Positions 19,258 to 31,087 of a stretch of 43,757 nt of DNA are shown here, piece after piece. The position numbers were made by a program, and so were the translations under genes. The stretch covers positions 38,476,284 to 38,520,040 of the forward strand of contig NC_069001.1 of NCBI RefSeq assembly GCF_001194135.2, written 5' to 3'. Every line of letters begins with the position of its first letter. The stretch's first letter is position 1. This DNA is from Octopus bimaculoides. Its lineage: Eukaryota. The notes below the pieces were generated by a model. It was not told the origin of the DNA. It worked only from the letters and a program-made list of their open reading frames with translations, and ran no database searches.

Positions 19258-21196
19258 TTTGTTGTTGAGTGGAGAGAGAGAGAGATGGTGAAAAGGTTGG
19301 TCGTCGTAGAGAGAGGAGTCCACAATGTGACTACGCCTTTCTTGGTCAGTTCCAGTTACGACAAGTCTTGTCTTATATTTATTGACCTGACAAAGGGATG
19401 GCCTGAGTGGAGTTTGAACTCAGGATGCAGAGATCTTAAGCAAATACTATAAAACATGTGTATCGCTCAATTAACTTCACCAATTTTACTGCCTTACTCT
19501 GGAATTGAACACTCATCACACAGTGGATGAGGAGACTGTATGTGGTTGGTCAACTTGCTAGAAATAGCAGCCAAACTTCCCCTCAAATTATAACACTGTC
19601 TCAAAAAAAAAAAAGAAAGAAAGGATATGTTAGATGATGTGGTCTTAGAAACATTATATCTGAGTAAAAGACAGGATGGTCACAGCTGGAGGGTCAACAC
19701 TGACTCAGTGTTAAACAACAGGCAACTGGTTCTACAGATGGGATTTAATTACTGATAGATGGGCTGTTGTAGTGACACACGGACAGTTTAGTGCCAGTGA
19801 TAGGTTATAGATTGATGACTCTTCTGTTGTAATCCTTCATTAATGATCTGACCAGCTGTGACTGCCAGACACAAGTCTTAAAATCTATAAAACTGACAGG
19901 TGGACAGTCACAGGAGATCGTTGTTGCTTTGTGACTCCCAACTTAGTCTTGGTAAAGCAGACCTATGATTAAAGGCTTTCTAACCATGACCCTCCCACCC
20001 ATATCTCTCTAGAGATGGCAACCGCTACATTGTCTAATGTATCTTCTGTTTCCTAAGGCTGTATGGTGTGATTTGAGAGGGAGATTTGTGTTCTATTTCT
20101 AGGTAGAGGCCGTTGTGGGCCCATGTTTGAGTGGACACCAGTAAAGATACTGAAAGTGGGTGGGTGAGACATACGGAGCACTGGTGCCTAGTGTCATGTA
20201 CTGGACATGATGCCATGTAAAAAGTACTGGTGCTGGTACCGTTTATAAAACATCCAGAACACTCTGTAAAATGGTTGGCATTTGGAAGGACATCCAACTG
20301 TAGAAACCATGCTAAAGGTGAAAAATGGAGCCTGGCGTGGCCCCTGGCCTTGCCAGTATGGAAAACGGACATTAAATGATGATGATATAACACCAAGAGG
20401 TGTGTATCATAACCTGTTGTGGTCTCAGATGGGTTGAGAAAAGTATAGAAGATGGTCGAGGATTCTTTGATGGTGAAGGTTGTTAGCATTTGGGAATTCA
20501 TAACCAAGTTTGGTCTTGTTTTATGACACCAGAGCAGCCTTGATAGTGCAAACTGTTCAAAGCCATTCCAACAGTGACCATCCTTCTTACTATTCCTCTA
20601 TATCCTAAAACTATATTATCCAATATACCGTTCCCTTTTTTTAAAAGATGGTGATGTGTGATAAGGGAGACACTATTATCAGCATCTCATCTCTTACTTT
20701 TCCCCACCACCACCTCTTTCCCACTACTGTAAGGCAGGCACACACACACACACGATACCATTTTGCTTCCAGGGAATATAATAATGTGTCTTGCTGCCCC
20801 CACCTGTTAGCCACACAGCCATATTACCTGTGATTTACCTTTGAAACTATTGCTGAAAGACAACACTAAATTATGATTCTGTCCATTTCAGTTTAACCTC
20901 ACTGAGGGAGACCAGATCGGAGCATGTGCCTCTGATACACTGATGACCCCCACAATTTCTCAAGGTATCTCTTTACCCTTCCTTCCCCTCTACCCATACA
21001 TCTCTCCTCATCTACTTGCTACCCCTACTAAATAACCCAGTTGTCCCTTTCTCATCCCCCACTAGCCATTATTTCAACACCCCACACCACCACCATCATC
21101 AAGGGTTTATCACCCTTTCGTTATTATTTTCCTGTTAAAACATTTCTGCCATTACTACAATCGAAAACAAAGAATTCAGTAAAATAACTGTTATTA

Positions 21197-21391
21197 TTAA
21201 CTCTTTAGCATCTAACCACCAGCTGCATCCAGGCAAGATATCCAGCCTCTCACACTTACCCTACAATGTCATTTTAAAAGTAAACTATCACTGAAATCTC
21301 AAAGCCACAAGATAATGTATGATTAGTTGAAAACCATTTGAATAGATAAGCATTGCAGCTGACAGGGGGATGTGGAGGCTAAAAGGGTTAG
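21197..21391. mobile_element. TTAA-flanked (piggyBac-like) MITE
   Basis: Ends TTAACTCTTTAGC ... GCTAAAAGGGTTAG form imperfect terminal inverted repeats. Confidence 0.4.
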
Positions 21392-21836
21392 GCATCAGTC
21401 ATCAGTTAATATGGAATTTTGGTGGAGAACAAGATTATGTTGAGGAAGATTGGTGAGTGACCCATGTAAACAAGCCTCTTCTCTCTTTCCATTCCCAAAG
21501 AAAGACCAACACTGCTGGGGACCAGTGTCATTTGAGGTGTTGCTATCAGAACAAATACCACAAGGCATCATGCCATCCTGCTCCCATACTTCTAACATTT
21601 TCACCATTCCTTCATCCTCGATTGGTATTTTTTGAACTTAAAACAATGAAAAGCAAAATCAACATCGCCTGGATTTGATCCCAGAACACAGAATTGGCAC
21701 CAATATCATGAGGCATTCTATCTAACAACTCCACTAATTGACCACTTGATTAAAATGCATGGGATGGCCATGGTTGGAACATCTTTTTGTCATTAAGTCT
21801 ATTAGATCAGGACTGGACTAGGGCAAGACTTTAAAG

Positions 21837-22062
21837 CAGTGCTTCCCAACCTGGGTCCACGTGGCCCTTGGAGGTCCCTATAAGATTATATTGTTAAAAT
21901 TTATCCGCAGTAAATTGCTACACAAAATATAAAAATATTTTTTTCAATACAATTCCTAATAATATTTAATCATAAAACTATAAAAGGATTGTTTTAAATC
22001 TCAAATGGCTTTAGCGGGAATGAAAGGGGTCGAAAGGCCAAAAAACAGGTTGGGAACCAAAG
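21837..22062. mobile_element. hAT (Charlie-like) non-autonomous MITE
   Basis: Termini CAGTGCTTCCCAACCT / AGGTTGGGAACCAAAG, with an 8-bp TSD CTTTAAAG / CTTTAAAA. Confidence 0.7.
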
Positions 22063-22333
22063 CTTTAAAAGAAATGTCTTCTTAGCAGATTTTGTTATGG
22101 ATTTCTATTGTGTCCAGTGTCCACAATCCTGGTCAATAACTGACCAGCTGCTTCAACTGAGATTTTTCTCTTGTTTTTCAGCCCAGAATTCCAGTTTTGT
22201 TTATTTTTTTATATCGATCTCTTTTTTTTCTTTTCCATTTTTTTTTTTTTTTTTTNNNNNNNNNNTTTTTTTTTTTTTTTTTTGTAACTTTTCCCAGGTT
22301 GGAGGTGATCAAAAGAGGTGAGTGTTAGGAGAA

Positions 22334-22489
22334 ATGGCCCCTAACAACCCTCTGTCAATATGGGGCAATGAGAAGACGATGAACCTTAATACTTTAATCC
22401 TGACCAACATACAATCATCCCCTTACTTCAAGGTCAATCTCTATGAACTGAAAACTTACCATGAAGTGATAGATGAGATCTATTACAAA
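22334..22489 (+). CDS. PRPF38B: PRPF38B first coding exon (exon starts at 22298, in the 5' UTR)
   Basis: CCCAG acceptor at 22297, in-frame upstream TGA at 22319, ATG at 22334, donor AAA|GTACGT. Confidence 0.93.
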
Positions 22490-25232
22490 GTACGTGACTC
22501 CAGGTATTTTCATCTGGTGTTTTTTGTTTTTTACTTTTAATCCTCCTCCTCCTCCTCCTCCCTATCGATCTATCTAACTTTTTCTCACTATCATCTATCT
22601 TCCTTTCTCTCTCTCTCTCTCCTTCCAGTTTATTTCAACGATTTGTCTCCCCTTCTTTTTGCAGTAACATGTTGTTTTACTCATTCTTGTTTGCTTCTTT
22701 GCCTCCAGGTGTCGCATTTGGAACCATGGGAAAAAGGAAGCCGGAAGACTGCTGGACAGACTGGAATGTGCGGTGGGGCAAGTATCCTTCTCTTTCCTTC
22801 GTTGGCATCCAGTCGAAACTCTCTTTTTAGGCTTTGTTTTCACTCTTCTGGTTGGATGATGTTTTTTCCTTAAATGTTTCCATCATTTGAGGGTTTCACG
22901 TCTTCACGCTTCAATGATTTTTTTTTTTTTTTTACACTTTGCAAAACATTTTGTTAAGATTTTTACAGGAAGAAAAAGAAAAAAAGATAGTAAATGTATA
23001 AAAGATGGTCTTTCAGGTGCAACACGTTGCAGGTGGTGTTTTTATCTGTTTCTGTTGTGACTTGTAAGAGGTGGTCGTTGTCATGATGATGATGCTTGTC
23101 TGTTTCAGGTGCGAGGCGTCGGAGCCGGTGGCATTGTTTCCAGTGCGTTTTGTCTCCTCTATAAATTGTTTACTTTGAGGTTGACCAAAAAACAAGTGAA
23201 CGGCTTAATCAGTCACCAGGACTCCCCTTACATCAGAGCCCTAGGGTTCATGTATATCAGGTCAGTACCTTTTTTTGGGGGGTGGGGTCTTACTCTTTTG
23301 CTCTTTGCTATCACAAACCTTGTTGTCAAAGCAGTTCCAGCCTGCCATGACCACCCTGTGGCAGTTTATGTCTAGAACTGCATTATCCAATAATGGAACC
23401 TCTGTGTGGTTACTTTGGCCTGCTTGAAATAGCAGCCAATCTCCCTTGAGTCACAGCCTATGATTTCTAAAAACGAAGAAGGCCAATATCATCCTAGACA
23501 CATTGTGTATCTAGAAATAAGGCATATGGTAATGGTTGGAATGTCTTATTGATTTGTCTACCAAATTATTATTAAACAACCTTATACAATGTATCCTTCC
23601 TATATAAGATAAGGTGTGATTTGGCTGTTGTTTTTAGCAATTCAATTGATTCCGTTGAGAGTTTTGTATGTTGAGTCAGCAACTGTGACCCCCACCGGTT
23701 ATGTCTGTAAAGATTGTCTCAAATGTCTGCAGGAATTGAACCCTGCCCTGTAAGCTAACTAAACATCTCCCTACTTTACAGTATTGCCACTGCTTACTAT
23801 TGTTCCTCACCCCATGATCCATATTTACAACTAGGTCACTAGCTGCTATTTCTAGCAAATGTGTCACCCTGTAGAGGCTCCCATGTTGGCTTCTATAATT
23901 ATTAGTTAACAGTGGACTGGGCCACTTCAGTTTTGTAGCTGTGGTTCTTGTCTACAGCCAGCCAGACTGGGCATGTGAAGTGATTTTCACATAACACAAT
24001 ATTTGTTACAGAAATAGACTTGAAATATTTTCATGATGCACAGACATAGTTCATCTTTTTCTTGTTTCAGACTGTGGCCATGCTGGGGCACCACCAAGAG
24101 GATTTTTAGTCATCCAAATCGACCTCAGCACTTTTTCGTTTTTTTTAAAGCCTGTTTATCTCTTTTGCCAAACCATTAAGTTATAGGGATGTAAACACAC
24201 CAACACCAGTTGTCAAGCAGTAGTGGGCGACAAACTCGGACACAAAGATAACGTACAATGGGCTTCTTTCAGTTTCCGTCTACCAAATCCACTGGCAAGG
24301 CTCTTGTCAGCTCAAGGCTACAGTAGAAAGCACTTGCCCAGGGTGCCATGCGGTGGGACTGAACCCAAATCCATGTGATTGCTAAACACACACAGCCACT
24401 CACGCATGGATGTGCAATTCAGAATTTTGCTGCAGCTTAATGGCAAATACCTTCTGCTCTAGCCAGAAGTCAAGAGTGAATTTGCTAAGTGGAAACTATG
24501 TGGAAGCCCATCATGTGTGTGACTCGTTCCCTAACTCACTTCTCTCTTTCTCTCTTCTGAATTCTTTGCTTAAAGAGGTTTTCTTTTTTTGTTATTCTCC
24601 AGGTTTACTCAGCCACCTCAGGAATTATGGGATTGGTTTGAGCCCTATCTGGACGATGAAGAGGTAGGTAACCCAAACACCCTTTCTAGATTCTTTTTTT
24701 GTTTTGTTATTGACATAAACTCGTAAAATACCTACTGTTAGCAGGTGGGGGTGTGGTAAACCCACATGCCCCGATTAACATCACCCTCTGGCCATTGGCT
24801 GCTTTGGTGGTGAATTCACTCAACTTATGTTGTAGGATGGGATGTGCTATGAATCTTAGGCATTTGCTTATATGTGGTGTCACACAGTGTGCCACAGGGT
24901 CAAAGTGTTCCTCTATGAGGTAGTGCAGTGGCCTGGCATTATGAAGGCTCAATCTGTTTCTCCCCTTCATTTCAGGGATGGCTGCCTTAAGGGGCCATGA
25001 CACTGTTGAGGACACCACTGAAGGCCATTGGTTAATGACTACAATTTTGAGACACTATGGTTTTTTTTTTTAATGGATAGGGTATCAATGTGTCTACATC
25101 AGTTTACATCCTCTTTCCCTGCAGATGTGGTTTTTATACACATTGTCATGGTTTAACTTGGTCCTTGTTCAAGAGTTTCCACTGTCCTCCTGGTTATGGT
25201 CGGTGGATCACACTGTTTCATTTGTGCATTTC

Positions 25233-25275
<43 letters not shown>

Positions 25276-28124
25276 CATGGAGACATTACTTTATTGAAGC
25301 TTAAGTCTCTGCTCCATCCAACAACTCCTCAAGCTCCTGTTAAAATTATTTCATTTTTGTGGGGTTTTTTCCCCAAATTCTGACTCAAAATTGTTTGCTT
25401 TTTTTTTCCCCCAACAGGAAATTGATGTGAAGGCCGGTGGAGGTCACAGTATGACGATCGGTGAGATGCTGCGTCATTGGTTGACCAAGTTGGAATGGTA
25501 TTCCACCCTGTTCCCTCGCATTCCTGTACCCACACAGAAGGATCTCGATGAGAAAATGAAGGCCAGGGCTTTCTCAATGAACCAAATGAACGACACCACT
25601 AGCAAGGCCCCTGGTTTGTCGGCTACAGAGGAGGTGGTCGCCGAGGTTGATGAAGACTGGCACAATGTGGAACAGCCTGTGGAGAGTAATAGTAAGAGGT
25701 AGGTAATTGGGCGGTAGGGGGGGCAGCTCTGCTACATGATAATGGTGGTGAACTTATTAGAAATAGCAGCCAAATATCCTCTCAAGTAACAAACCCCTAC
25801 CATTGTAACCTTTTTCCAATCCAACCAAGACCATCCCTACTTCATCATCATGTAATGTCCTTTTTTCCATTTCTATGATACGTACTTCCTGTTTCAAAGT
25901 GATCTTAATTAAAATTTCAAGTTAATTTAGGTTCCAAATCCCAGATTAAAGAGAACAAAATTATTCCACTCAATTCTTCATTATTTTCAAAATTAAAACA
26001 AAAACAGTTTATTTTTTAACAGGAATATTGTAACAAACGGGTTAAAAGTGATCATAGTTAAAATCTCCCATCAGATTTTCATGTTAATTTATGTCCCAAA
26101 CTCCAGGTTAATAAGGACAACATTCTTACCTCCGCCTTCGCTAAGGCAGAGGTATTGTTTTCAGTTACGTTTGTTTGTTTGTTTGTCCATGGACAAGATG
26201 TCTCAAGAACCACAGGATGGATTTGGATGAAACTTTCAGGGATGTTTGGCCTCATGACTGACACAAACCAATTAGATTTTAGGATCAAACCAGTACCGGA
26301 CAAGAATTCTGGATTATTTGTTACATTTACTTTACATGATTAAGAATTTAAATTGACTTTCTTTCTTAATTATCTCCCTTTAGGCTATTTCCAAAGTTTT
26401 ATTTTCATTTCTCTATTAGTAATTCTACTCGTGTCTCTCTATCTTAGTAGAAATTGATGGATAAAGAAATCAAACTACATAAACAAACGGCAGTAAAATC
26501 GTTCAGAAATTAAATAACAATAAGATATTTTTATAATATATATATTATACATACATATTAACACTTTACAGTATACTTACATATATACGTATATCTATAC
26601 ATCAAACTAAAACAACAGGAATACTAAAGGAAGGCCGGAATTTAAGAGAAGAGAAAACCAAAAGGTTTCATGTTATTCATTTAAAAATTCCTCAATAGAA
26701 CTTATTATTATTACCTCCGCCTTTGAAACTCTTTTGAATGTTGAATTTGTTAACTTTGGCTTGTTTTAGACAAGGATGAACTATTTATTACTGTTACTAA
26801 ATTTTCTACGGCCACCTTCACATTCCATGACCACCACTGGGATCGATCAGGTACCGGACAAGGATTCTGATTATTTTTCAGGTTTTTTTAACTTAATTTT
26901 TGAGAGCGGTCGGGTTCGTTTTTAGTATCCTCGTTAAGTTACTGTTGACATATTTAATTAAAGAGATTCATAGGTCAGTTAGTGTTAAGATATTTAATGT
27001 GGATAATATTAAAAAGTTAATTGCAAATAATTATAGGAATGAAAAGCACTCTTTTGACCATTGACCATTCTGGTTTACCTCCTACCATTGTCATGTCTAT
27101 CTTTGGTTTTCCCCCCACAATTCATTCTTTGTTTAAACCCCTGTTTTATTTTCCTTTGTACTAACTGATTCTTTTTCTCTCTTACAGTGCAAGGTCCCCA
27201 GAGAGAAGGCGTTACGACCGGCCCCGCGATAAGTTGCCCTCCTCTTCCTCTTCCTCTCACCAGATGAGTCCCCTGAGCAAAGTCAGTGACAAGAATCGAA
27301 TGTCGCACTCACCCCACGGCAAGTCTCCGCGCAGCCGTTCCCCGCACAGCCGGCGGTCGTCCCCTCACAGGAAGTCCCCCTCCAGTTCCAGCCACAAATA
27401 CTCATCGTCATCGCAACAGCAACAGTTGTCATCGATGGACGACTTTGCCGTGGAGCTGGCCCGGGAGCGTGAACGGCAGAGGCGCGAAAGGGAGCGGGAA
27501 CGCAACGGTCGACATAAAGACCACCACCACCAACAGCAGCAGCAGCAGCAACAACAACAACAACAACAACAACAGTNNNNNNNNNNNNNNNNNNNNNNNN
27601 NNNNNNNNNNNNNNNNNNNNNNNNNNNNNNNNNNNNNNNNNNNNNNNNNNNNNNNNNNNNNNNNNNNNNNNNNNNNNNNNNNNNNNNNNNNNNNNNNNNN
27701 NNNNNNNNNNNNNNNNNNNNNNNNNNNNNNNNNNNNNNNNNNNNNNNNNNNNNNNNNNNNNNNNNNNNNNNNNNNNNNNNNNNNNNNNNNNNNNNNNNNN
27801 NNNNNNNNNNNNNNNNNNNNNNNNNNNNNNNNNNNNNNNNNNNNNNNNNNNNNNNNNNNNNNNNNNNNNNNNNNNNNNNNNNNNNNNNNNNNNNNNNNNN
27901 NNNNNNNNNNNNNNNNNNNNNNNNNNNNNNNNNNNNNNNNNNNNNNNNNNNNNNNNNNNNNNNNNNNNNNNNNNNNNNNNNNNNNNNNNNNNNNNNNNNN
28001 NNNNNNNNNNNNNNNNNNNNNNNNNNNNNNNNNNNNNNNNNNNNNNNNNNNNNNNNNNNNNNNNNNNNNNNNNNNNNNNCATTCTAAGAGTAAAAGTAAA
28101 GAAAACGGTGAATATTACACTTGA
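22334..28124 (+). CDS. PRPF38B: Pre-mRNA-splicing factor 38B
   Basis: Exons 22334..22489, 22709..22777, 23109..23260, 24603..24663, 25418..25698 and 27188..(gap 27577..28079)..28124. Translation LSIWGNEKTMNLNTLILTNIQSSPYFKVNLYELKTYHEVIDEIYYK|VSHLEPWEKGSRKTAGQTGMCGG|VRGVGAGGIVSSAFCLLYKLFTLRLT...DSPYIRALGFMYIR|FTQPPQELWDWFEPYLDDEE|EIDVKAGGG...LTKLEWYSTLFPRIPVP matches the PRP38 domain of PRPF38B as I recall it, followed by an RS/RE-rich tail. The 3' end past the gap is uncertain. Confidence 0.96.
22709..22777 (+). CDS. PRPF38B: PRPF38B coding exon 2 (GC donor)
   Basis: CTCCAG acceptor, 23 codons VSHLEPWEKGSRKTAGQTGMCGG, donor GGG|GCAAGT. Confidence 0.93.
23109..23260 (+). CDS. PRPF38B: PRPF38B coding exon 3
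   Basis: TTTCAG acceptor, VRGVGAGG...FMYI(R), donor AG|GTCAGT, phase 2. Confidence 0.95.
24056..24405 (-). mobile_element. tRNA-derived SINE, family A (PRPF38B intron)
   Basis: CTTGTTTCAGACTGTGGCCATGCTGGGGCA ... GTGGGACTGAACCC ... CACACAGCCACTC. Confidence 0.75.
24603..24663 (+). CDS. PRPF38B: PRPF38B coding exon 4
   Basis: TTCTCCAG acceptor, (R)FTQPPQELWDWFEPYLDDEE, donor GAG|GTAGGT. Confidence 0.95.
25418..25698 (+). CDS. PRPF38B: PRPF38B coding exon 5
   Basis: AACAG acceptor, EIDVKAGGG...FPRIPVP...ESNSK(S), donor AG|GTAGGT in phase 2, matching the next exon. Confidence 0.93.
26125..27050 (+). mobile_element. Helentron/DINE-1-like non-autonomous element(s) in PRPF38B intron
   Basis: 5' hairpin ACCTCCGCCTT-CGCT-AAGGCAGAGGT, then (GTTT)n, then GGATGGATTTGGATGAAACTTT. 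A second TTACCTCCGCC occurs at ~26710. Confidence 0.45.
27188..28124 (+). CDS. PRPF38B: PRPF38B RS/RE-rich last visible coding exon (gap-interrupted)
   Basis: CTTACAG acceptor, (S)ARSPERRRYDRPRDK...SPRSRSPHSRRSSPHRKSP...ELARERERQRRERERER...HHHQ15, then a 503-N gap, then HSKSKSKENGEYYT*. Confidence 0.75.
27531..27575 (+). repeat. Coding CAG/CAA repeat (polyQ, at least 15)
   Basis: CAA(CAG)5(CAA)8CAG in the PRPF38B frame, running into a gap. Confidence 0.9.
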
Positions 28125-31053
28125 CTTTGGTGCTGAGTGAGGGGTGGGGTGGGGGACGGGGGTGTCCTTGCTGGTGGGTTTAGTTCTGTGGATGGTCAGT
28201 TGTCCAGCTATGTTCCACCTACTGGCTGTAGATTGCTGTCACAGTTAAAAGAAATGCCCACTACATGTGTGTGTGTGTGTGTGTTTGTATCCATGTAGAC
28301 ATGTTCCTCTGTGTTCCTCATATCGATGCTGTCTATCGCAGTTAAGAAGGGCTGAAGGTGGGTGTGTGTAGTTCTGTGTGATTGATAACCTATGTTCCCT
28401 TATTGGCTATTAACGCTGCCTTAGTTAAGGGCATGTATCCCTTGCTTGTAGCTGTTCATTTTCTACACAGCAGTAGTCTTCTGTGTAGCTTGTATATGTA
28501 TGTATGTGTGAATGATTGTAGTTCTATGTGGTGGTGTGGTTGCTATTCCCATCAGCTGTTAATAATGTCCCTATTTTAGGGATCCTCTTGCTAGGGGCCA
28601 CAGTTGGTAAGCGTAATGATATGTGTGTGTGTGTGTGTATCTATGGTTGTGTAGATGTTTGATGCCCTGATAGGCAGGTAGGGGTCACAGCATGTGTGAA
28701 AGTGTGGGGATGGAAAAAGAATTCTGTTTGTAATTAAATGTGTGTGTGTGTTGATTAGTTACAGGATTCATTAGAATCTGGGATCAGCAACATGGATGTC
28801 AGGACTGGCTGGGTACCTTAACACTGAGTTCAGTGTTGAGGTAAAAACAACCATGGGGTATTGTGTGTGTGTTATATGTATGTGTGTGTGTATATATATA
28901 TATATCTGATATAAACCAAAGATCAACTCAGGGTTGGTTCTCCATGTGGCGTAGGTATAAAAAGAATAAACCCCATTTGTGTTATTCTTTATATATACAT
29001 ATATATATATTTATACATGTATACAACATGCAGAAATATTAGACACACACTTGAATAAGCGTATATCTATCAATACCCGAGTCTTCCTTAAAGGGTTACT
29101 ATGTGTGTAGCAAAAGAGACAGTTAAGTGCACTTGTGTGTGTGTGTGTGTGTGGTTTAGTAGTTGAGGTGTCAGGTCATTGGGTTCAATTCTCAGACTAG
29201 GTGGTGTATTGTATCTTGAAGCAGTCCACTCAGCTGTAAATGAGTCCCAGTAAGAACTGGTCAAGGATGTGTATACATGCACATATATATATATTATATT
29301 TATATATACATACATACACAACTGAACTTTTTCAACAGGTAACACTTCACAGTATCAGATTAGTGTTTGCATTATATACACACATACTTATTGAGATTAA
29401 TATATATTTGTGTGCATGCACACACACACACACACACACATAACCAAACTGTGGTCGACTACTGTTGGGTGTCGTATTTATTTAAGTGTAACTGTGGATG
29501 TAATAAGAGATGGTGTAGGTCTGCCTTGTGAATAGAGGTACTCTACAATGCAGGGTACCTCCCAGGTAGGGTCAGGGTGTCTCCAGACACTTTGGGCGCC
29601 ATTTTATTTCTTGTGTCCACATTACAGTGAATTCATGCAGTATATGTTAACAGTTGTGCGTGTTTGTATGTTTATACATATGCTATACTGTACTACAAAA
29701 TACACGTATAGATTTTTGGCCAACACTGTGGAAATGTCAGATATATATAAAAAAATATTTTCTTTTTACACATGTCTTCTTGGACACAAAAGATGGGGTT
29801 AGCTAGATTGGTTTCAATCCCATGTTGGGATTTCTATCACTGGCTGAATACCGTTTCTAACAGTCTGTAAAGATGCTGTGTGTACACCCAAGATCTCTTC
29901 AGGTTGGTATTGATTGAAGATCTCCGGATTCGTTCTATGGTTTGGCATAGCGTTTGAGACAACACATTTAACACACCAGTAATTTATTGAAATATATATA
30001 AAAAATATATATATATATAAATGTGTGTGTGTGTGTATATCATATTATTCTTTTACAAGAATAATGTTAATGGTGGCTGTTAAGTTTCGGGCATGCTTAG
30101 CCTTCATTGGGCTTTTTGATGAAGGCTAAGCAGGTGAAAACTTTGAAGTCACTGTCAACACTCTTCTTGTGAAAGGATAGTAAATCTGTAAAACTCCACA
30201 AAAACTACCGAGTAATTCTTTGGTAATTTAGAATTGGTTTCATTATAAATTGACTGAAAAACAATCATTAATAATATATATAGATATATCTCTGTATAGG
30301 TAGATGAGTGAAAAAGCAAGGTTGAGAAAATAGGACTCAACTAAGCAATGTTGAGTTTGATGGAAGCTGAAAAAAACTTGACAAACGCTCCTGCCTGAAG
30401 AGTGGTCATGTGGAACTTGGAGGAATGGCTTTGGGAAGCTTTCCAGTTTCATTTGAATTGCGTGTGTGTGTGTGTAAATGAGCTGCTCAGCCTGTTGACC
30501 ATTGCCCCACAAGCTACTACTCTGGTTGATGACATAGTATAATGTGTGGTGCAAGGAAGGGGATTTGGGGGGTCAGAGAGCTTGTTTAAATGCTGTTGTT
30601 TTTTGTCTTTGTATGCATGAGAGATTCAACTTTACAGAGGCCTGTGAAGGAAAACAACAAAAACTGGTGACAAAAAAAAGTCCACATTCAACAAAAATGT
30701 ATAGAGTTGCAGCTGTATATATAACATAATCTAAACTTATTTGTATAGCCTGCAGACACTAACAACAATGTCTTAATAATGTTTTTTTTTCCCCCTCTCC
30801 TTCCATCAATTTTGTTTTGAAATTTTTAGCCTTTTAATACGTCCATCATTTGTATATCGTTAAAACATCATTNNNNNNNNNNNNNNNNNNNNNNNNNNNN
30901 NNNNNNNNNNNNNNNNNNNNNNNNNNNNNNNNNNNNNNNNNNNNNNNNNNNNNNNNNNNNNNNNNNNNNNNNNNNNNNNNNNNNNNNNNNNNNNNNNNNN
31001 NNNNNNNNNNNNNNNNNNNNNNNNNNNNNNNNNNNNNNNNNNNNNNNNNNNNN

Positions 31054-31087
<34 letters not shown>

